Assembly (NCBI GenBank): GCA_043804695.1
Contig: JAZDIV010000141.1
Span: 1 to 32,571 of the forward strand
Direction: 5' to 3'
DNA length: 32,571 nt
Source of the DNA: PVC group bacterium
Lineage (GTDB): Bacteria > Auribacterota > Erginobacteria > Erginobacterales > Erginobacteraceae
Positions 26,945 through 32,571 of the stretch are shown here, in pieces (the first letter of the stretch is position 1; each line of letters opens with the position of its first letter). Made by a program: the position numbers and the translations under genes. Below the pieces are notes generated by a model. That model was not told the DNA's origin. It saw only the letters and a list, made by a program, of their open reading frames with translations, and ran no database searches.

Positions 26945-27952
26945 ATGAGTGTAAAGATCGGAATCAACGGGTTCGGGCGGATCGGCCGCCAGATTTTCAG
27001 AATTCTCAACGCGGATCCCGCTTTCGAGGTGGCCGCCATCAACGACCTGACCGATGCCTCCACCCTGGCCCATCTGCTCAAGTACGATTCCGTCCACGGG
27101 AAATTCCCGGGGACGATCAAGGTCTCCGGCGGCAGCCTGGTGGTCAACGGGAAGGAGACAAAGGTTCTCTCCGTTAAAGATCCGGCCGAACTGCCCTGGA
27201 AAGAAGAGGGGGTGGATATCGTGGTCGAGGCGACCGGCGTTTTCAGGAATGTCACCGACCTGAAAAAGCATATCGAGGCCGGCGCCAAAAAAGTTCTCCT
27301 GACGGTCCCCCCCAAGAAAGATCCGGACGGCGAGGTCGAGCTGATCGTGATCGGTGTCAACGACAGGAAACTAACCCCGGCGATGCGGTTTATATCCAAC
27401 GCCAGCTGCACCACCAACTGCCTGGCTCCGATTGCCAAGGTTCTTAACGACAGCTTCGGGATCGAGAGAGGGCTGATGACGACGGTCCATTCCTACACCA
27501 ACGATCAGAGGATACTGGATCTCCCCCACTCGGACCTCCGCCGCGCCCGGGCGGCGGCCGTCAGCATGATCCCCACCACCACCGGCGCCGCCAAGGCGGT
27601 CGGCAAGGTGCTCCCCGAGCTGAAAGGCAGGCTGGACGGTTACGCCCTCCGGGTCCCGACCCCGGACGGCTCCCTGGTCGACCTGACCGTAGAGCTGTCA
27701 AGGGACGCCACGGTTGACGAGGTCAATGCCGCCATCGAGAAAGCGGCATCCGGGGAGATGAAGGGGATTCTGGAGTACGAGCGGGATCCCATCGTCTCGA
27801 TCGATGTCGTCGGGAACCCCGCCTCGTCCGTATTCGACTCCCTGGCGACGATGGAGGTCGGGAAGAGGATGATCAAGGTTCTCGCCTGGTACGACAACGA
27901 ATGGGGATATTCCAACCGCTGCGTCGACCTGCTCAGGTTGATGGCAAAATAA
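26945..27952 (+). CDS. gap: Type I glyceraldehyde-3-phosphate dehydrogenase
   Basis: INGFGRIGR, SNASCTTNCLAP, IPTTTGAAKA and WYDNEWGYS motifs; GGAGG RBS. Confidence 0.99.
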   Translation: MSVKIGINGFGRIGRQIFRILNADPAFEVAAINDLTDASTLAHLLKYDSVHGKFPGTIKVSGGSLVVNGKETKVLSVKDPAELPWKEEGVDIVVEATGVFRNVTDLKKHIEAGAKKVLLTVPPKKDPDGEVELIVIGVNDRKLTPAMRFISNASCTTNCLAPIAKVLNDSFGIERGLMTTVHSYTNDQRILDLPHSDLRRARAAAVSMIPTTTGAAKAVGKVLPELKGRLDGYALRVPTPDGSLVDLTVELSRDATVDEVNAAIEKAASGEMKGILEYERDPIVSIDVVGNPASSVFDSLATMEVGKRMIKVLAWYDNEWGYSNRCVDLLRLMAK

Positions 27953-28012
27953 AAGCCGGTGTTACAGGGATGCCGATTCTGAAAATCTCATATGGGGGTT
28001 CTGACAGCAGAT

Positions 28013-28270
28013 AAATAACAAATCACAAGCACCAAATAACACTGTTTCGGAATTTCAATAATCGGAAAAATCCGATTATTGAACTCCCGAAACAGACGAA
28101 AAAGCAATCAAGATGAGATTAAGCCATTTTTGGATTATGATAAAATGGGTTACTGTTGCTTATTAAGTAGGTGCATACCAACTAATTCCTGGGGCATCAT
28201 CAGTCTGGTACAACTTTTAAAGGTTCAATTAACTCCAATTTACTAAATTAGCGCCGGAGGCGCTAATTTA
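28013..28270 (+). mobile_element. Truncated 7-bp array followed by MITE-like element copy 2
   Basis: aaataac aaatcac aagcacc aaataac; 25-bp inverted repeat with 2 mismatches (28042-28095); terminal hairpin identical to 23099-23125. Confidence 0.6.
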
Positions 28271-28272
28271 TA

Positions 28273-29499
28273 ATGGCTAAACTGGGGATAGAAGATCTCG
28301 ATCTGAAGGGAAAGCGGGTCCTGGTCAGGGTTGACTTCAATGTCCCGCTCGATGGGGACCGCCGGATTACCGACGACACCCGGATCCGGGCCGCCCTCCC
28401 CACGATCAGGTACGTGATCGAGCATGGCGGGAAGGCGATTCTCGTCTCTCACCTCGGCCGTCCGAAAGGGAAGAGGGATCCGGCGTACAGTCTGGGCCCG
28501 GTCGCGGTCCGTCTCTTCGAACTGCTTGATCAACGGGTGGTCTTCGTCGATGACTGCATCGGGCCCGGGGCGAAAGAGGCGGTGAAGAAGATGAAGGACG
28601 GGGACGTCGTCCTCCTCGAGAACCTCCGGTTTCATCCCGGCGAGGAGGCGGGAGACGACGCCTTTGCGCGCGAGCTGGCCGCTCTGGCCGATCTCTACAT
28701 CGACGACGCCTTCGGCACCGCCCACCGCGCCCACGCCTCCATGGTCGGGGTGACCGCCTACCTCGACCGCAGCGCCGCCGGTTTCCTCCTTCAGAAAGAG
28801 ATCGACTACCTGGGAAAAGCTCTCGCGGATCCGGAGCGGCCCTTCATCGCCATCCTCGGCGGAGCCAAGGTCTCCGACAAGATCAAGGTGATCGAGAACC
28901 TGGTCCGCAGCGTCGATTCGATCCTGATCGGGGGCGCCATGGCCTACACGTTCATGAAGGCGATCGGGGTTCCGGTCGGGGCCTCCCGGGTCGAGGAGAT
29001 CATCGAGGACAAGAAAGGAATGGCCATTGATGTCGCCGGACTGGTCCGGGGCATCCTGGAAAAAGCCGCCGCCCGCGGGGTCGAGGTCCTTCTTCCCATC
29101 GACCATGTCGTGGCGGATCGGTTTTCTGAAGACGCCGCGGTCAGGGTCGTCCCCCGGGACGGGATCGCCGCCGGCTGGATGGGAATGGACATCGGCCCCA
29201 GGACCGGCCGGCTGTACGGCGATAAGATCGGGAAGGCCGGGACCGTCGTCTGGAACGGCCCGATGGGGGTGTTCGAGATGAAGCCCTTTGCCGCGGGAAC
29301 GCTGGCCGTTGCCCGGGCCCTGGCCGAATCCTCCGCCCTCTCGATCATCGGCGGGGGCGATTCCGTGGCCGCCGTCAACCGGAGCGGCCTGGCCGGCCGG
29401 ATCACCCACATCTCGACCGGGGGCGGGGCCTCGCTGGAGTTCCTGGAAGGGAAAGTCCTCCCCGGCATCGCCGCCCTGACTGATGGTGTCGCGTCTTGA
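28273..29499 (+). CDS. pgk: Phosphoglycerate kinase
   Basis: [47 protein letters not shown] and STGGGASLE motifs. Confidence 0.99.
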   Translation: MAKLGIEDLDLKGKRVLVRVDFNVPLDGDRRITDDTRIRAALPTIRYVIEHGGKAILVSHLGRPKGKRDPAYSLGPVAVRLFELLDQRVVFVDDCIGPGAKEAVKKMKDGDVVLLENLRFHPGEEAGDDAFARELAALADLYIDDAFGTAHRAHASMVGVTAYLDRSAAGFLLQKEIDYLGKALADPERPFIAILGGAKVSDKIKVIENLVRSVDSILIGGAMAYTFMKAIGVPVGASRVEEIIEDKKGMAIDVAGLVRGILEKAAARGVEVLLPIDHVVADRFSEDAAVRVVPRDGIAAGWMGMDIGPRTGRLYGDKIGKAGTVVWNGPMGVFEMKPFAAGTLAVARALAESSALSIIGGGDSVAAVNRSGLAGRITHISTGGGASLEFLEGKVLPGIAALTDGVAS

Positions 29500-29649
29500 C
29501 ATTGGACATTATCATTTTTTGCAGGCATGTTATCTAATTTGCGCCAGGTTAGAAAAATAGTGTATTAGCAGTTTTCTGTTTTTATGATAATGTCCAATGT
29601 CAAGACGCGACACCTATAAGGATAATGTCCAATGTCAAGACGCGACACC
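29485..29649. repeat. Perfect 31-bp inverted repeat with a tandem duplicate of the right arm
   Basis: GGTGTCGCGTCTTGACATTGGACATTATCAT (29485-29515), its exact inverse (29584-29614), and a further 29-bp copy (29621-29649). Confidence 0.92.
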
Positions 29650-30402
29650 AAGCCTTTAATCGCCGGCAACTGGAAACTTCACAAGACCATCCCCGAGGCG
29701 CTGGAACTGGCCGGGGCGTTGAAACGGGACCTCGCCGCCTGTACCGGCGCCGACCTGCTCGTCTGCCCGCCTTTCGTCGACCTGAAGCCGGTCGCCGACC
29801 TGCTTCAGGGAAGCTCCATCGCCCTTGGCGGCCAGGACCTTTTCTGGGAAGACGCCGGTGCCTTCACGGGGGCGATTTCCGGGCCGATGCTCAGGTCGGC
29901 GGGATGCAGCCACGTCATCATCGGCCATTCGGAAAGGAGAGAGCATTTCGGAGACACCGATCAGATCGTGAATAAAAAAATCAGGGCGGCGATCACCTCC
30001 GCTCTCACCCCGATCCTCTGCGTGGGGGAGTCGCTGGAGAAGCGGGAGCAGAAAGTGACCAAGGAGTTTTTACGCAAGCAGCTGGGGCTGGATATCCGGG
30101 GGATCGGCCCGGAGTGGATAGCCCGGATAATCGTTGCCTATGAGCCGATCTGGGCGATCGGGACCGGGATGACGGCCACCCCCCGGCAGGCCGGGGAAAC
30201 CCACCGTTTCATCCGGGAACTCTTCGCCGAACATTACAACGATTCGATCGCGAACAACATCCGGATTCTTTACGGGGGAAGCGTCAAGCCGGATAACGCC
30301 CGGGTTCTGATCGCCGAGGCGGACGTGGACGGCTTCCTGGTTGGCGGCGCCAGCCTGGATGCCGCTGCCTTCGTCGCCATTGCCCGCTGCAGCACAATGT
30401 GA
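29632..30402 (+). CDS. tpiA: Triosephosphate isomerase
   Basis: [29 protein letters not shown] and DG.LVGGASL motifs. Confidence 0.99.
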   Translation: MSRRDTKPLIAGNWKLHKTIPEALELAGALKRDLAACTGADLLVCPPFVDLKPVADLLQGSSIALGGQDLFWEDAGAFTGAISGPMLRSAGCSHVIIGHSERREHFGDTDQIVNKKIRAAITSALTPILCVGESLEKREQKVTKEFLRKQLGLDIRGIGPEWIARIIVAYEPIWAIGTGMTATPRQAGETHRFIRELFAEHYNDSIANNIRILYGGSVKPDNARVLIAEADVDGFLVGGASLDAAAFVAIARCSTM

Positions 30403-30520
30403 TCTTATTTTTCCTTCGGAAAAATAAGAATGGGCAAGCAATGACCCGATATTGCAGGGATATTTTAAAGTAACTTCATGTAATTCATATAAATTTGCGA
30501 GCGCAGCGAGCTAATTTATA
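30403..30520. repeat. Two hairpins in the tpiA-secG junction, same pair as at ftsQ-ftsA
   Basis: TCTTATTTTTCC-ttc-GGAAAAATAAGA (30403-30429) and TATAAATTtGC-gagcgcagcga-GCTAATTTATA (30488-30520). Confidence 0.85.
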
Positions 30521-30534
30521 AGGAGATGTGATTA

Positions 30535-30918
30535 ATGCTATTCATCATTTTAATCGTCCTCTATGTTGTCATCTGCATCGCGCTGATTGTGATTGTTCTT
30601 CTGCAATCCGGCCGGGGCAGCGGCCTGGCCGGCATCTTCGGCTCCGGCGGCGGCGGCCAGACCATCTTCGGGGCCCGGACCGGCGATGTCCTGACCAAAT
30701 CCACGACCGTCCTGGCGGTCTGTTTCATGGTTTTTTCTCTGGTGCTCGCCGTTCTCTCCGCCCGGAAAACATCTTCGCTGACCAGGGAGATCGAAGCGGT
30801 GGGCCTGGAGATGCCCGCCTTCCCGGAAGCCGTTCCGGCCGGTGAAGGAGAGACCGGGGAAGCACCGGCAGCGGCGGGAGAGACACCCGGGGAAACCAGT
30901 GCTCCGGCCGGTTTTTGA
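30535..30918 (+). CDS. secG: Preprotein translocase subunit SecG
   Basis: LI.IVLLQ.G.G.GL...FG.G....FG...L.K.T pattern; located after tpiA; AGGAG RBS. Confidence 0.95.
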   Translation: MLFIILIVLYVVICIALIVIVLLQSGRGSGLAGIFGSGGGGQTIFGARTGDVLTKSTTVLAVCFMVFSLVLAVLSARKTSSLTREIEAVGLEMPAFPEAVPAGEGETGEAPAAAGETPGETSAPAGF

Positions 30919-30951
30919 TTGAACGTTCAACGTTGAACGTTCAACGTTGAA
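30919..30951. repeat. Self-palindromic 7/14-bp array between convergent genes
   Basis: TTGAACGTTCAACG TTGAACGTTCAACG TTGAA. Confidence 0.9.
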
Positions 30952-31739
30952 TCCTCACCGTTTAATTTTTCCCATTCCCCCAGCCGTCCGGAGATGAACC
31001 GGATGATCCGTTCCTGTGCCCCCCGCCCGCTGCCGGTCACGGGTATCGGGTCCCCGAAGGTTATGTGAACCGGGATCCGGGGGGAAATTTTCCCCAGGTC
31101 CTTCACCCACTTCCCCGTCCCCCAGGCGTCGGTTTTGATGGCGATGGGGATCACCGGAGCTCCGGCTCGACGGGCCAGTTTCACCCCCAGGGAATTAAAC
31201 TCTCCGGGAGAGAATACGGGGGACCGGGTGGTCTGGGGGAAGAGGATGATCGATGTCCCGCGGCGCAGGCGTTTCTCTCCTTCCCGGAGTACGATCTCCA
31301 GATCCTGCCGGGGGTTTCTCCGGGAGACGACGATCGGATTCCGGCTGGACAGAACGCAGCCGAAGAAGGGGTAGGCGAGCAGGCTCTCCTTGACGACAAA
31401 CGTGACATCCCGGTGCGGCTGGATGATCCCGGGGAGGAGAAACGTCTCCAGGATGCTCATGTGGTTGCCCGCCAGGACGCACGGTGAAGGGAGGTTGATG
31501 AAAGAGGCGGTGTTTTCGATGCTCACCGTGATGCCGACCGACTCCAGCGCGGCCAGCGTCAGCCGGCTGGACTGGATCCACTGCTCGCCGGTGTATTCTC
31601 CCCGCCGGGCTGTGCGTCCGGCCGACAAGACGATCTTCAGCAGTTTCAGGTAGAAAAACGCCTCCGGGGCCGCCCGGGCGGCCCGGCCGATCTTTCTTGC
31701 CGGCGAATGATAATCGCTGATAATCGGGGCGGAGTTCAT
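30927..31739 (-). CDS. Lysophospholipid acyltransferase (PlsC family)
   Basis: NHMSILE (HX4D/E), FVVK.SL, FPQTTR (FPEGTR-like) and PVIPIA motifs. Confidence 0.88.
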   Translation of the reverse strand: MNSAPIISDYHSPARKIGRAARAAPEAFFYLKLLKIVLSAGRTARRGEYTGEQWIQSSRLTLAALESVGITVSIENTASFINLPSPCVLAGNHMSILETFLLPGIIQPHRDVTFVVKESLLAYPFFGCVLSSRNPIVVSRRNPRQDLEIVLREGEKRLRRGTSIILFPQTTRSPVFSPGEFNSLGVKLARRAGAPVIPIAIKTDAWGTGKWVKDLGKISPRIPVHITFGDPIPVTGSGRGAQERIIRFISGRLGEWEKLNGEDSTLNVQR

Positions 31740-31754
31740 GAGGACGTATTCATA

Positions 31755-31836
31755 ATCCGCCGGGACGCAAAGAGCTCCAAGGAGAACTTTACCGGGTGCT
31801 GGCAGTCTTCGCGTTCTTGGCGCCTCTGCGGTTCAA
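31755..31836. repeat. Degenerate inverted 9-bp-unit repeat spanning the lgt stop
   Basis: atccgccgggacgcaaagagctccaag matches the inverse of cttcgcgttcttggcgcctctgcggtt at about 19/27. Confidence 0.55.
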
Positions 31837-32571
31837 TAAAGGCGTCTTTTTCGTCTGGCTTCTGATCAGCAGAACAGCCCCGGCGATGATGACCGGGATG
31901 CTGAGAAGCTGGCCCACGTTCAGGGGGAGGGGAAGCCGATAGGATTCCTGCCTCTCCTTGGCGAATTCAATCAACAAGCGCGAGCAGAAGACCGTGATCA
32001 GAAAAAGTCCGATCAGTTCCCCCGGCGGTGTCAGGCCCCCCTGTTTCCGGTAGACGGCCAGGAGGAACAAAAAGATCAGCAGATAGGCCCCGGCCTCGTA
32101 AAGCATCGCCGGGTGGCGGGGGAGGGGGATGCCGGCCGCCGCCCGCGGGAATTCGAACGCCCAGGGCAAGCGGCTGGGCGTGCCGAGTATCTCCGAATTG
32201 AAGAGATTCCCCAGGCGGATCAGGGCTCCCCCGAGGGCGGCCGGGATCGCGAGCCGGTCAAGGATCCACAGATACGGTTGCCCGGGCCGGTGCCTGGTAT
32301 AAAAGTAGAGCGCGACCAGAATGCCGGCGGCGGCGCCGTGACTGGCCAGGCCCCCCTCCCAGATCCGGATGATCTCCGCCGGCCGGCTCAGGTAATAACC
32401 CGGTTCATAAAAGAAGCAGTGCCCCAGCCGGGCGCCGATCAGCGTCCCTCCCAGAACGTATCCGAGGAGCGCCCCCAGGTCTTTCTCGGGCTTGTTCTCC
32501 CGCCAAAAGATTCTCTGAACGATCAGGTATCCCAGGAAGAAGGCGAGCGCGAAGATCACCCCGTACCACCG
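31789..32571 (-). CDS. lgt: Prolipoprotein diacylglyceryl transferase, 5' end outside the window
   Basis: RWYG, GARLGH, WEGGLASHG, IRLGN..NSEI.G, RHP..LYE and GQLLS.P motifs. Confidence 0.96.
   Translation of the reverse strand, partial: RWYGVIFALAFFLGYLIVQRIFWRENKPEKDLGALLGYVLGGTLIGARLGHCFFYEPGYYLSRPAEIIRIWEGGLASHGAAAGILVALYFYTRHRPGQPYLWILDRLAIPAALGGALIRLGNLFNSEILGTPSRLPWAFEFPRAAAGIPLPRHPAMLYEAGAYLLIFLFLLAVYRKQGGLTPPGELIGLFLITVFCSRLLIEFAKERQESYRLPLPLNVGQLLSIPVIIAGAVLLIRSQTKKTPLLNRRGAKNAKTASTR

Noticed and set aside
29485..29649. Possible CRISPR mini-array (29-31-bp repeats)
   Set aside because: One copy is inverted, the two direct copies are only 6 bp apart, and there are no spacer-sized unique sequences or cas genes.

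Overview
GC-rich bacterial chromosomal window of housekeeping genes, most consistent with a PVC-related lineage (inferred from the LysM gene between murD and ftsW and a divergent FtsZ ending GEDLDIPTFVR). Gene order: a minus-strand membrane glycosyltransferase-like gene with an in-frame stop, a small exported protein, tRNA-Val(CAC), a C4 zinc-ribbon coiled-coil gene, RNase P RNA, a dcw cluster (mraZ rsmH ftsL ftsI murE murF mraY murD LysM ftsW murG murC ddl ftsQ ftsA ftsZ, no murB), an HExxH membrane protein, a secreted hypothetical, a homocysteine methyltransferase/MTHFR fusion, gap-pgk-tpiA-secG, then convergent plsC-like and lgt genes. The unusual part is non-coding. About 18 gene junctions carry AT-rich modules: 7/8/9-bp tandem arrays often arranged as inverted repeats, REP-like palindromes, and a recurring hairpin (TAAATTARC..GYTAATTTA) with mostly GNA triloops just upstream of six start codons. 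The modules nest in one another and supply stop or start codons to core genes, yet no transposase is encoded here. Also notable: an uncalled 58-aa four-cysteine ORF coupled between ftsW and murG, a 40-aa basic ORF between mraZ and rsmH, and an FtsZ lacking the T7 catalytic residues. All calls were made by eye; no searches were run.
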